A stretch of 32,000 nucleotides of DNA from positions 1,620,001 to 1,652,000 of the forward strand of contig NC_009073.1 of the NCBI RefSeq assembly GCF_000015805.1. Reading direction: 5' to 3'. The notes beneath the pieces are model-generated. The model was given only the letters and a program-made list of their open reading frames with translations, did not search any database and had not been told where the DNA came from. The translations under genes were made by a program, and so were the position numbers. The first letter of the stretch is position 1; each line of letters begins with the position of its first letter. Source of the stretch: Pyrobaculum calidifontis JCM 11548 (lineage in GTDB: Archaea > Thermoproteota > Thermoprotei > Thermoproteales > Thermoproteaceae). Of this stretch, positions 16,014-24,954 are shown one piece after another.

Positions 16014-16019
16014 TTTTTT
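16014..16019 (+). terminator. oligo-T (T6) terminator after the CC1-like gene
   Basis: The TTTTTT run begins 18 nt after the TAA. Archaeal RNAP terminates at oligo-T tracts. Confidence 0.5.
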
Positions 16020-17016
16020 ACCATCTCAATAGCGCAACTATATTTCCCATCGCTCTTATCGCGGCGCCAACCTCAGTATCCTCCCTAACTATATACACCT
16101 TGCCGCCTGTGTTATAAACCTGCGACAGTATTTCCCACGCCTCATCCGGCTTCTCCTTCATATATGTGTCCAATATGAGGACCGTCTCAGCTCGGCCAAT
16201 TGAAACAGCCTCTTTCACCTCCTCTACGCCAAGTGCAACTAAGTCTCTTTGGCTAGCCAACATCTTCTGCAACCTGCTATAGGCTTCGAGACCCAGCTCT
16301 TCTTTGAGTTTGTCATATAGGCCGCTCCTAAGAAACTCATAAACGCCTGCTACTCCGCCAGAACTTTGGACAACCCTCTCGCCCCGAATATATCTGCCCG
16401 CTTGATCCACCACCATGCCGGGGCCCGCCAGTACAACTCTGTCAATCTTCCGCAGACGTTTCACCTCTTCTACTAGTGTATTTACAGACTTAAAGAAGTC
16501 CTCAAGGAGGCTCTCCCCCCTTTTCCCCCTATTCACCTGGTTAGGCACTGTATACATAATCTCGGCGCCTAGCGCCGAGATGTACGCTAAAGCCGCTTCT
16601 TCGTCGTCTATAGACACTAGGAGAATTCTTGGAAGCGCCACGTTTGCCATATCTAGTATCCTTTTGACAACTTCAACAGAGCCCCGTCTCTTTTCTACTA
16701 CGACCTCTCTACCGGGGACTATCTCAAAGGTGTGGCGTCTACCTTTAACGCCTTCTACCTCCTCTTGAACCTCCACCACGGTGCCCCTCACTCTCAAGCT
16801 ACTCCGAAACTTGTGATACTCTATCTTTTCAACACTTATCCCTAGATACATTTTCACTCTCTCTCCCTCTTTTGCGCCCTCTGGCTTGTACTCTCTGACG
16901 GTCCACCCTCTGACTATATCGCCTCTGTCTATAAGCAGGTAGATGAAGTATAAGTCTTCTTCTCTCTCTGGCACAATTCGCACGACTCTACGCTTCTCGT
17001 CTAGCTCAAACTTCAC
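16018..17016 (-). CDS. pelA: Pelota (Dom34 homologue, ribosome rescue / no-go decay)
   Basis: The N-terminus VKFELDEKRRVVRIVPEREEDLYFIYLLIDRGDIVRGWTVRE and the eRF1-like domains 2/3 fit the family. The track ORF (start 17205) is over-extended. GTG 17016 lies about 28 nt from ATTTATAA (17041-17048). Confidence 0.9.
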   Translation of the reverse strand: MKFELDEKRRVVRIVPEREEDLYFIYLLIDRGDIVRGWTVREYKPEGAKEGERVKMYLGISVEKIEYHKFRSSLRVRGTVVEVQEEVEGVKGRRHTFEIVPGREVVVEKRRGSVEVVKRILDMANVALPRILLVSIDDEEAALAYISALGAEIMYTVPNQVNRGKRGESLLEDFFKSVNTLVEEVKRLRKIDRVVLAGPGMVVDQAGRYIRGERVVQSSGGVAGVYEFLRSGLYDKLKEELGLEAYSRLQKMLASQRDLVALGVEEVKEAVSIGRAETVLILDTYMKEKPDEAWEILSQVYNTGGKVYIVREDTEVGAAIRAMGNIVALLRW

Positions 17017-17040
17017 GTATCCAAGGGGGGCGGCACCGGT

Positions 17041-17048
17041 ATTTATAA
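17041..17048. promoter_or_regulatory. AT box (ATTTATAA) shared by Pelota (-) and C/D sRNA candidate 3 (+)
   Basis: The centre is about 28 nt from GTG 17016 and about 25 nt from the C box at 17070. Confidence 0.5.
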
Positions 17049-17069
17049 CTGGAAGCGGCTTACTACACA

Positions 17070-17118
17070 GTGATGAGCTCGACCAAAGAGGACGTGTGAC
17101 TGCGCGGCAGCTGGCTGA
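17070..17118 (+). ncRNA. C/D box sRNA candidate 3 (dual guide)
   Basis: C GUGAUGA 17070-17076; guide 17077-17088; D' AGGA 17089-17092; loop CGU; C' GUGACUG 17096-17102; guide 17103-17114; D CUGA 17115-17118. Same 49-nt layout as the other two candidates. It is intergenic once Pelota is trimmed. Confidence 0.65.
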
Positions 17119-17155
17119 GGCAAAAAGTTTATAAACATATCCGTTTCGCCTATCT

Positions 17156-17311
17156 ATGAAACCAGATTCGTCACTAATCGAGGAGTTGACGAGGTTGGTG
17201 GACAAGTTCTATGAACATGGGTACATAGAGGTGGCCCGGGCGTTAGAACAGGCAAGAATAATAGCGCTAATGAAAGAGAGAGAAAGACTTATACCACCAG
17301 CTACAGACTAA
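17156..17311 (+). CDS. small ORF (51 aa), hypothetical helical protein
   Basis: MKPDSSLIEELTRLVDKFYEHGYIEVARALEQARIIALMKERERLIPPATD. TTTATAAA (17128-17135) lies about 24 nt upstream of the ATG. It fills an otherwise empty 150-nt gap. Confidence 0.4.
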   Translation: MKPDSSLIEELTRLVDKFYEHGYIEVARALEQARIIALMKERERLIPPATD

Positions 17312-17814
17312 CACTTCTCAAGAAAGTCAAATAATTTTAGGAGATCTCGCCTGTACCAATCCACTGGAATTGCAATAAGTGCGCCCATGTAGTGCCCGTA
17401 AGCCACTATTGACCTCGGGGGAGCCAACCTGATAAACGCCAAGGAAAGCATGTCCTCCTCCCCCCTTACCTTTACGACCACGCCGCCCTCTACAGCCTTC
17501 TCCACAGCTGACCACGCCTCGTCAGTAATGTACCCAGGCGGATTCACTACCTCCACCACGCTTCTAAAAGCCGAGAAACGCTCTACACGTATCCCTCTCC
17601 TCGTCTTCTCATCCACAGCGGCCGACGTGGGTATTAGGCCGTATTCAAGGAAGTTTCTCGTGACGACGTCCCCCACCGTGTATATGTGCTTAAAACCGCC
17701 ATCTGCAACTAGGTTGCGGACTATTTCGACGGACTTGGGAGGATCCCTCCATATGGCTATTGGGTAAGGGAACGCGAATAAATCACGCCTCTTGGCCAAA
17801 CGGTAGCACGTCAT
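17308..17814 (-). CDS. DUF359/UPF0218 protein, GTP-dependent dephospho-CoA kinase family
   Basis: 168 aa; the motifs YTVGDVVTRN, AVDEKTRRG and RGEEDMLSL fit my recollection of the archaeal DPCK (COG1909) family. An ATGA overlap with the upstream MBL gene is present. Confidence 0.75.
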   Translation of the reverse strand: MTCYRLAKRRDLFAFPYPIAIWRDPPKSVEIVRNLVADGGFKHIYTVGDVVTRNFLEYGLIPTSAAVDEKTRRGIRVERFSAFRSVVEVVNPPGYITDEAWSAVEKAVEGGVVVKVRGEEDMLSLAFIRLAPPRSIVAYGHYMGALIAIPVDWYRRDLLKLFDFLEKC

Positions 17815-18518
17815 AGGACAATTTTTCCACAGGGAGATGGCAACACTAGGGTGACGCCGGGGGGGACTATGGGCTGTTCAATGTAGAAGTGTATGGGCAT
17901 CAACATTTTTACGCCCGCCCTTAGAGCTATCTCAACGGCGTCGGCGGTGGTACTGTGGCCAACCCTCCGCGCCTCCTCCTCCTGGCCGGGGTTGCCGGAC
18001 ACCTCGTGGGCCAATAAGTCGCACCCCTTTGACAACTCGACGACTGTGTCTACTGGCGCAGTGTCTGAGCTATACACAAGGCACTTGCCCCCATGCTTCA
18101 CTCTCACAGCTAACGTGTGCACTGGATGCTCCGTGGGCGCAAAAGACATGACAGTGTTGCCTATTTTGACTTTGTCATGCGCCTCTATCAGCTCCGCGTG
18201 GGGTAACGCGTTTTCGATGCCCGTTATTACCGCCAAATTCTTCACAGCGTCTAGCACCTCGGCGCTTCCCACGATTTTAACCTTGCGCCCCAGCCTACGC
18301 GCCATAAGCAGAAATGTGGGTACTCCCAGTATGTGGTCCCCGTGTCGATGGCTTATGTATATGACGTCGGGGAAGGGCAAGCCGCATTGCGCAAGTCTTG
18401 CGTATGTCCCCTCTCCAGCGTCTAAAAGCAGATTGATATCCGTCTTGACGTAGAGCGAGGTGTACCCTATGTTGGGGTTAGATATCCAGCCGCCGTAGCC
18501 CAATATGTATATCTCCAC
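17811..18518 (-). CDS. metallo-beta-lactamase fold hydrolase (RNase Z-like, short)
   Basis: The HxHxDH motif ISHRHGDH is present, with downstream His/Asp ligands (TEHPVH, SSDT, GHST). Confidence 0.8.
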   Translation of the reverse strand: MEIYILGYGGWISNPNIGYTSLYVKTDINLLLDAGEGTYARLAQCGLPFPDVIYISHRHGDHILGVPTFLLMARRLGRKVKIVGSAEVLDAVKNLAVITGIENALPHAELIEAHDKVKIGNTVMSFAPTEHPVHTLAVRVKHGGKCLVYSSDTAPVDTVVELSKGCDLLAHEVSGNPGQEEEARRVGHSTTADAVEIALRAGVKMLMPIHFYIEQPIVPPGVTLVLPSPCGKIVL

Positions 18519-18536
18519 AGCTCGACGGCCATCTAC

Positions 18537-18545
18537 TTTTTAAAA
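18537..18545. promoter_or_regulatory. perfectly palindromic AT box TTTTTAAAA shared by divergent leaderless genes
   Basis: It lies exactly 19 nt from the box edge to each start codon (18518 minus, 18564 plus), in a 45-nt spacer. Confidence 0.6.
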
Positions 18546-18563
18546 GGTTGCCCCCACGCGGCT

Positions 18564-19901
18564 ATGCTTGCAGACCTCTTGAAGAGGGGCGAACTCGTGG
18601 TGTCTATATACGGGCTAGGCTACGTGGGCATGGCCTTGGCTGCGGCATGGTCGTACGCAGGGGCGAGAGTGATAGGCGTAGACGTAGACCCAGCTAAAGT
18701 GGAGCGGATAAACGCGGGGGCGATAGAGTACCCGGAGCGAGATGTGGTAGACGTTCTTAAGCAGGCTTGGAGGGAGGGGAGGCTAACTGCCACAGACGAC
18801 GGCGTAGTTGCGTCAATAAAAAGCCACGTAAAAATCGTGGCCGTGCCTGTGCACTTGCGGAAGTCCCCCTCTTCTGTCGACGTGGACTTCTCGTCGCTAC
18901 TCTCTGCGGTTAGAGCAATTGGCAATGGCCTAAAGAGGGGGGACTTGGTGATAGTGGAGTCAAGCGTGCCTCCGGGCACCACGGAGGAAGTAGTTAAGCC
19001 AACGCTGGAAAACGCCTCAGGCCTGGCGGCCGAGGAAGACTTCTACTTGGCCTACAGCCCTGAGCGCATAATGGTGGGACACGCATTTAAGGACATTGTG
19101 GAGAATTACCCAAAGGTCGTGGCCGGCGTGGGGCCGAAGAGCACCGAGGAGGCGGCCGAGCTCTACCGCCTAATCGCCAAGAGGGGCGTGATAACTCTGC
19201 GCTCGCCTAAGGAGGCCGAGTTTGAGAAATTGCTCGAGGGCGTGTACCGCGATGTCAACATAGCGCTCGCAAACGAAATGGCAAGGCTGGCCAACGCCCT
19301 CGGCATCTCATTCAAAGAGGCGCGCGAGGCGGCCAACAGCCAGCCGTACAGTCACGTGCACAAGCCGGGGGCTGGGGTAGGGGGCAACTGCATACCGGTC
19401 TACCCCTACTTCCTGCTATGGACAGCGGCGAAATTCGGAGTGGAACTCCCCTTGACGGCCACCGCTAGGCGCATCAACGAAAGCCAGCCCAGCGAGGTGG
19501 CTTACGCGGCGCTACGCGCAATGCTGAAACACGGCATAAACCCGGCAACTGCAAAAATAGCTATTCTGGGCCTCGCCTTTAGGGGAGATGTAGATGACAC
19601 GCGGGAAAGCCCCACATACGGTATAGTGTCCACATTGGTAAAAATGGGCATTAAGCCGTCGCAGATAGTGGTACACGACCCATATGTGAGAAGCGACGCG
19701 GCGCTGGCCAAGTGGGGCATAGCGCTTACACAGAGCCTAGACGATGCAGTAAGAGGCGCAGATGTGGTCATTGTAGCCACTGACCACACGGCATACCGCA
19801 TGGAGGCGAGCAGACTAGGCAGGTCTATTATAATTGACGCGAGGGGCGTCTTAATTCCCGATATAGAGATCTACGCGATTGACGCAGGGCGCTGGCCCTG
19901 A
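18564..19901 (+). CDS. nucleotide-sugar dehydrogenase (UDP-glucose / UDP-ManNAc dehydrogenase family)
   Basis: The N-terminal Rossmann region is IYGLGYVGMALAAAW and the catalytic Cys region is GAGVGGNCIPVYP. The ORF is 445 aa. Confidence 0.9.
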   Translation: MLADLLKRGELVVSIYGLGYVGMALAAAWSYAGARVIGVDVDPAKVERINAGAIEYPERDVVDVLKQAWREGRLTATDDGVVASIKSHVKIVAVPVHLRKSPSSVDVDFSSLLSAVRAIGNGLKRGDLVIVESSVPPGTTEEVVKPTLENASGLAAEEDFYLAYSPERIMVGHAFKDIVENYPKVVAGVGPKSTEEAAELYRLIAKRGVITLRSPKEAEFEKLLEGVYRDVNIALANEMARLANALGISFKEAREAANSQPYSHVHKPGAGVGGNCIPVYPYFLLWTAAKFGVELPLTATARRINESQPSEVAYAALRAMLKHGINPATAKIAILGLAFRGDVDDTRESPTYGIVSTLVKMGIKPSQIVVHDPYVRSDAALAKWGIALTQSLDDAVRGADVVIVATDHTAYRMEASRLGRSIIIDARGVLIPDIEIYAIDAGRWP

Positions 19902-20431
19902 GATTTCAACAGCTCTTCCACAGTCCTATAGGCCTCCTCCACGGCTTTTACATTAGGTTCTATGTACTTCTTAGGCACAAATACGGGCACTGCATCAATA
20001 ATGCTCTTTAGTGAGACAAGCCTGCTAACTGCCGCAAAAGCCGAGGCCATGATGAGATTTACAACGGGCCACCCGGCGACCACTAGGCCGTATTTCAGCG
20101 CTATGGCTGTCGCGTCTATGCCTATGTACCACTCGGCTTTGGACTTTGTGTTTACTATGTAAACTGCGCCAGGTTTGCCATACCGCCTCACGTCTATCTG
20201 CTCTAGTATTCTCCCGTCTAGTACCACGACGTAGTCTGCCTCTTTTACTGAGGAGTGGAGAAGAGTTTCCCCAAACCTGAGATACGCCCTCACAATGGCT
20301 CCCCTGCGCTCGGCCCCAAACTCTGGCAACGCCTGTGCCTTCTTTCCCTCCAACGTAGCCGCGTAGGCTAGAAGTTGCGCGGCCGTAACCGCGCCCTGTC
20401 CGCCCCGCCCAAGGAACACCACCTCGTACAC
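19871..20431 (-). CDS. porG: 2-oxoacid (pyruvate/2-ketoisovalerate):ferredoxin oxidoreductase gamma subunit
   Basis: The N-terminus FLGRGGQGAVTAAQLLA is typical of gamma subunits. GTG start. Confidence 0.88.
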   Translation of the reverse strand: MYEVVFLGRGGQGAVTAAQLLAYAATLEGKKAQALPEFGAERRGAIVRAYLRFGETLLHSSVKEADYVVVLDGRILEQIDVRRYGKPGAVYIVNTKSKAEWYIGIDATAIALKYGLVVAGWPVVNLIMASAFAAVSRLVSLKSIIDAVPVFVPKKYIEPNVKAVEEAYRTVEELLKSQGQRPASIA

Positions 20432-20581
20432 AACTTATTGAACTACCATGTTTAATTAGTTTTCGTCAAAGTTTACCTCTACCACGTCCCTTTTCGCCTT
20501 TGTAAATTTTGCAACTCTATTTGCCATATCTCGGTTCTATATGCCAATATAAAATATATAAATGGAAGATGTAGAAGAGAT

Positions 20582-20833
20582 GTGTTGCCGATCTCAACTC
20601 CTTCAACAGCGTCGGCGGGTGTGACAGGCACTTGGCGTACCTATAAGCCCGTGGTGAATTTACAGAAGTGTATAGACTGTGGACTCTGCTGGCTGTACTG
20701 CCCCGAGTCTGTAATCGACTGGGAGAAGGGCCAGAAGGTGACTATTGATTACACGTTCTGCAAAGGGTGTGGCATATGTGCAGACGTATGTCCCGTAAAG
20801 GCCATAGACATGGTCCCAGAAGGTGAACTATGA
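20582..20833 (+). CDS. porD: 2-oxoacid:ferredoxin oxidoreductase delta subunit (2x[4Fe-4S])
   Basis: Cluster motifs CIDCGLCWLYCP and CKGCGICADVCP. Confidence 0.9.
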   Translation: MLPISTPSTASAGVTGTWRTYKPVVNLQKCIDCGLCWLYCPESVIDWEKGQKVTIDYTFCKGCGICADVCPVKAIDMVPEGEL

Positions 20834-21981
20834 AGACGCTGACTGTACAGAGGACCGCTCTCACTGGAAACTACGCGGTGGCGCACGCGGTTAAGATGGC
20901 AAAACCGCACGTAATAGCGGCTTACCCAATTACGCCTCAGACCACCATCGTGGAGAAATTGGCCGAGTTTGTGGAAAAGGGCGAGTTAAACGCGAGCTTT
21001 GTGAATGTGGAATCGGAGTTCTCAGCGATGTCTGTCGTATACGGCGCCGCCATGGCGGGCGCCCGGGCCTTCACCGCCACGTCTTCACACGGCCTTCTCT
21101 ACATGTACGAAGCCATCTGGTGGACTGCCCTAAGCAGAGCGCCCGTCGTAATGGCGGTTGTGACTAGAACCATAGGCCCTCCTTGGAACATACACGTAGA
21201 ACACAACGACATATTGACATTGAGAGACAGCGGGTGGATAATCGCTATGGCGGAGACTGTACAAGAGGCCTTTGACTTAACTCTTCAAGCCTTCAAAATC
21301 GCGGAAACCGTGGTCCTCCCAATGGCCGTGGGAGTAGACGGGTTTATACTCTCGCATGCAACAGAGCCTGTGGAGATTCCACCGCAGGAGCTCGTGGACA
21401 AATTCCTGCCGCCTAGGAGGCCAGATGTGCCGCTGGCTTTGCGCCCGGGTAATGCAATAACTTTCGGAAATCTTCCCTCTGACAATCGGATACATGCTAG
21501 GCACAAGGCGGCGATATATCAGGCACATCAAGAGGCAAAGGCAGTGATAACACAAGTGGACAGGGAGTATGGAAAAATGTTTGGACGCGGCTACCAAGGC
21601 CTTGTGGAGTGGTACAAGGCAAGTGACGCCAAGTACATTGCCGTGTGTACCGGCGCCTGGTGTAGTGATGCAAAAGATGCGGTAGACGCCTTGAGAGAGA
21701 GGGGCGTCCCAATTGGGCTAATGCGTCTGAGATTCATAAGGCCGTTCCCACGCGAAGAGGTGGAGAAGCTAGATCAATACGACTTAGTCGTTGTATACGA
21801 TAGAGACATAACGCCGGCGGGGGGGATATTGGGGATTGAGGTAAAATCGGCGCTTAGGAGGGCAAAAGTGGTTAACATCATAGCCGGAATAGCGGGGGTG
21901 GACTTTGACAACCGCAACTTCTACGAAACTCTCCAAAGGGCGTTGGAGGGCAAGTACAGGGACGTGGAGGTGGTAATATGA
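20830..21981 (+). CDS. porA: 2-oxoacid:ferredoxin oxidoreductase alpha subunit
   Basis: LTGNYAVAHAVKMAKPHVIAAYPITPQT. It has a 4-nt overlap with the delta and beta genes. Confidence 0.9.
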   Translation: MKTLTVQRTALTGNYAVAHAVKMAKPHVIAAYPITPQTTIVEKLAEFVEKGELNASFVNVESEFSAMSVVYGAAMAGARAFTATSSHGLLYMYEAIWWTALSRAPVVMAVVTRTIGPPWNIHVEHNDILTLRDSGWIIAMAETVQEAFDLTLQAFKIAETVVLPMAVGVDGFILSHATEPVEIPPQELVDKFLPPRRPDVPLALRPGNAITFGNLPSDNRIHARHKAAIYQAHQEAKAVITQVDREYGKMFGRGYQGLVEWYKASDAKYIAVCTGAWCSDAKDAVDALRERGVPIGLMRLRFIRPFPREEVEKLDQYDLVVVYDRDITPAGGILGIEVKSALRRAKVVNIIAGIAGVDFDNRNFYETLQRALEGKYRDVEVVI

Positions 21982-22871
21982 GCTTTAGACTAGACCTTCT
22001 GCCAAAGAAAAAGTACGTAGTTCCTGGCAACGCCGCTTGTGCAGGCTGTGGAATGATGATAGGGCTCAAGATATTGGGCATGGCGCTGGGGGAGGAGTCT
22101 GTCCTAGTTATACCGGCCTCGTGCGCCTCTGTTGTACAAGGCCTTGCGCCTAAGTCGGGCGTGGCAATGCCGATTTTAAATGTCCCATTTGCCTCCTCTC
22201 CAGCCGTCGCGACGGGGATCTCAGAGGCGTTTAAAATGCTCGGCGTGAAGGGCCACGCCGTGGTGTGGGCCGGCGACGGCGGGACTGCTGATATCGGCTT
22301 TGCCGCACTAAGCGGCGCCGCTGAGAGGAATAGTAATATCATCTACATAATGTACGACAACGAGGCGTACATGAATACTGGGATACAACGGAGTAGCTCT
22401 ACCCCCCGCACAGCGTGGACTACTACAACGCCTGCTGGAAAACGTGAACGCAAGAAAGATGTGGCGCTTCTCATGGCCATGCACGGGGTGCCCTATGTTG
22501 CAACAGCCAATATAGCGTACCCCCAGGACTTCTATAGAAAGCTTAAGAGAGCCGCGGAAATCCAGGGCTTCAAATTTATACATTTGTACACGCCGTGTCC
22601 TCCGGGTTGGCGTTTTGACCCCGCTAAGACGGTGGAGGTGGCTAGACTCGCCGTGGAGACTGGCGCGTGGATTTTGTGGGAGTACGACAACGGCGTATTT
22701 AAGCTGAATCCCCCCAGCACAGTATACGCAGATAAGTCAAAGAGGAGGCCCCTTAAAGACTACTTGAAGCTACAGGGGCGCTTCGCCCATTTGACAGAGG
22801 AGGAGATAAAGGCCTTAGAGGAGGAGGTAGACGCCAAGTGGAACACGATATTAAAGCTCGCTAAGCTGTAG
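21978..22871 (+). CDS. porB: 2-oxoacid:ferredoxin oxidoreductase beta subunit (ThDP-binding)
   Basis: [10 protein letters not shown] and the ThDP motif GDGGTADIG...NEAYMNTG. Confidence 0.9.
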   Translation: MSFRLDLLPKKKYVVPGNAACAGCGMMIGLKILGMALGEESVLVIPASCASVVQGLAPKSGVAMPILNVPFASSPAVATGISEAFKMLGVKGHAVVWAGDGGTADIGFAALSGAAERNSNIIYIMYDNEAYMNTGIQRSSSTPRTAWTTTTPAGKRERKKDVALLMAMHGVPYVATANIAYPQDFYRKLKRAAEIQGFKFIHLYTPCPPGWRFDPAKTVEVARLAVETGAWILWEYDNGVFKLNPPSTVYADKSKRRPLKDYLKLQGRFAHLTEEEIKALEEEVDAKWNTILKLAKL

Positions 22872-22882
22872 GATCGAAAAGT

Positions 22883-22892
22883 TTTTATATAC
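22883..22892 (+). promoter_or_regulatory. TATA box (TTTTTATATA) of the thermosome gene
   Basis: The centre is about 23 nt upstream of ATG 22910. Confidence 0.6.
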
Positions 22893-22909
22893 ACGATTTT
22901 TGTAAAGCC

Positions 22910-24574
22910 ATGTCACAGCAGGCGCCAAGAACAGGAGTCCCCGTAATGATTTTGAAAGAGGGGAGCCAGAGGACCACTGGCGTAGATGCAAGGAGGTCTA
23001 ATATACAGGCTGCAAAAGTTATAGCGGAGATCTTGGCTACATCGCTAGGGCCTAGGGGGATGGATAAGATGTTGATTGACGCCTTCGGAGACGTCACCAT
23101 AACCGGCGACGGCGCTACGATTCTAAAAGAGATGGAGGTCCAGCACCCGGCCGCCAAATTGCTCATCGAGGTCGCCAAAGCCCAAGACGCCGAGGTTGGC
23201 GACGGCACTACGACGGTGGTGGTGCTCGCAGGCAAGCTACTGGAGCTAGGCGAGGAGCTACTTGAAGAGGGTATCCACCCCACAATTGTAATTGACGGGT
23301 ACAAGAAGGCGGCGGAGTACGCCTTGAAAGTTGCTGAGGAAATTGCGAAGCCCATAGAGCTCACAAAGGAGCAGTTGCTAAAGGTGACGTCCAGCGCGCT
23401 TTCCTCAAAAGTTGTCGCAGAGACGCGCGACTACTTGGCAGGCCTCGTCGTAGACGCCGCGCTGCAGGCTGTGGAGATGAGAGACGGCAAGCCGTACCTT
23501 GACTTGGACTGGATTAAGATTGAGAAGAAGAAGGGCAAGTCCATCTACGAGACGCAGCTCATCAGAGGCATAGTGTTAGACAAAGAGGTGGTGCACCCCG
23601 GCATGCCTAAGAGAGTGGTCAACGCCAAGATAGCCGTGTTGGACGCGCCGCTTGAGATAGAGAAGCCGGAGTGGACTACTAAGATAAGCGTCACCTCGCC
23701 TGACCAGATAAAGGCCTTCCTAGACCAAGAGGCCGAGATTCTCAAGAGCTACGTGGACCACCTCGCCTCTATTGGCGCAAACGTGGTAATTACACAGAAG
23801 GGCATCGACGAAGTTGCACAACACTTCCTTGCCAAGAAGGGCATCTTAGCGGTTAGGAGAGTCAAGAGGAGCGACATAGAGAAGCTCGCCAGAGCCACGG
23901 GCGCTAAGATTATCACAAGCATAAAGGACGCAAGGCCGGAGGACTTGGGCACCGCCGGGCTAGTTGAGGAGAGGAAAGTAGGCGAGGAGAAGATGGTCTT
24001 CGTAGAGGAGATACCCAACCCGAGAGCTGTCACAATACTGGTGAGAGGCGGTAGCGACAGAATACTGGACGAGGTAGAGCGGTCTCTACAAGACGCGTTG
24101 CACGTGGTAAGAGACCTATTCCGCGAGCCGAAGATTGTGCCAGGAGGTGGCGCGTTCGAGATAGAGGTGGCAAGGAGGGTTCGCGAGTTTGCGAGAAAGC
24201 TGTCTGGCAAAGAGCAGTTAGCCGCCCTGAAGTTCGCAGACGCTCTTGAACACATACCCACAATACTTGCGCTCACTGCCGGCCTAGACCCAGTAGACGC
24301 CATTGCAGAGCTTAGGAGAAGACACGACAACGGCGAGATCACCGCCGGCGTAGATGTCCACGGCGGAAAGATTGCAGACATGGCCGCGTTAAACGTGTGG
24401 GACCCGTTGCTCGTCAAGAAGCAGGTCATCAAGTCCGCTGTCGAGGCGGCCATAATGATACTGCGCATTGACGACATAATCGCCGCCGGCGCCGCCAAGA
24501 AGGAGGAAAAGAAGGGCGGCAAGAAGGAGGAGGGAGAGGAGAAGGAGGAGAAGGGGGAGTCTAAATTCGACTAG
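22910..24574 (+). CDS. ths: thermosome subunit (group II chaperonin)
   Basis: [23 protein letters not shown] and [13 protein letters not shown]. The ORF is 554 aa. Confidence 0.97.
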   Translation: MSQQAPRTGVPVMILKEGSQRTTGVDARRSNIQAAKVIAEILATSLGPRGMDKMLIDAFGDVTITGDGATILKEMEVQHPAAKLLIEVAKAQDAEVGDGTTTVVVLAGKLLELGEELLEEGIHPTIVIDGYKKAAEYALKVAEEIAKPIELTKEQLLKVTSSALSSKVVAETRDYLAGLVVDAALQAVEMRDGKPYLDLDWIKIEKKKGKSIYETQLIRGIVLDKEVVHPGMPKRVVNAKIAVLDAPLEIEKPEWTTKISVTSPDQIKAFLDQEAEILKSYVDHLASIGANVVITQKGIDEVAQHFLAKKGILAVRRVKRSDIEKLARATGAKIITSIKDARPEDLGTAGLVEERKVGEEKMVFVEEIPNPRAVTILVRGGSDRILDEVERSLQDALHVVRDLFREPKIVPGGGAFEIEVARRVREFARKLSGKEQLAALKFADALEHIPTILALTAGLDPVDAIAELRRRHDNGEITAGVDVHGGKIADMAALNVWDPLLVKKQVIKSAVEAAIMILRIDDIIAAGAAKKEEKKGGKKEEGEEKEEKGESKFD

Positions 24575-24579
24575 TTTTT
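24575..24579 (+). terminator. oligo-T tract directly after the thermosome stop
   Basis: TAG is followed immediately by TTTTT. Confidence 0.45.
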
Positions 24580-24621
24580 CCACACCCCAAAAAGTTAAAT
24601 ACAGTTTTTACCTTCCTCGCC

Positions 24622-24954
24622 GTGGCCGAAACCCTTTCTACAACAGAACTCCTGGAGAAGATAAACCGCCTTGTTGATTTACTAGAGCGCGCATTGGTAA
24701 AAAGGGAGCTTTATCCGCCTAGGCTGACTAAGTACGAGATAGCCCGCATAATAGGGGCTAGGGCCACGCAACTGGCGATGGGGGCGCAGCCACTTGTGGA
24801 TGTAAGGCAACTGGGCACAATAGACCCAGTGCTCATAGCCATGGAGGAGCTGAGGCAGGGGCTTCTAGACTTTATAATTGTAAGAGAGCTACCTGACGGG
24901 AGGGCTATACGTGTTACGCTGAAGGAGCTTCTCGACCTTGAGAAATCTGTTTAA
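24622..24954 (+). CDS. rpoK: DNA-directed RNA polymerase subunit K (Rpo6)
   Basis: LTKYEIARIIGARATQLAMGAQPLV is the RPB6/omega core. GTG start about 26 nt after AAAAAGTTAAATAC. Confidence 0.88.
   Translation: MAETLSTTELLEKINRLVDLLERALVKRELYPPRLTKYEIARIIGARATQLAMGAQPLVDVRQLGTIDPVLIAMEELRQGLLDFIIVRELPDGRAIRVTLKELLDLEKSV

Noticed and set aside
17017-17205. N-terminal 63 codons of the track's 395-aa Pelota ORF
   Set aside because: The Pelota family N-terminus begins at GTG 17016, about 28 nt from a TATA box. The extension covers a well-formed C/D sRNA candidate and the start of a 51-aa plus-strand ORF.
20459-20527. 23-aa minus-strand ORF (MANRVAKFTKAKRDVVEVNFDEN) in the porG/porD spacer
   Set aside because: It is too short, has no AT box at an appropriate distance, and overlaps the expected porG promoter.
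23749-24522. 257-aa minus-strand ORF, and similar long antisense ORFs (3018-3569, 9864-10280, 17893-18453, 27567-28139, 30671-31171)
   Set aside because: These are shadow ORFs opposite strongly supported genes (thermosome, OppD, ilvB, MBL, pyrI, NFACT). Their composition is S/T/A/P-rich, as is typical of antisense frames in GC-biased coding sequence.
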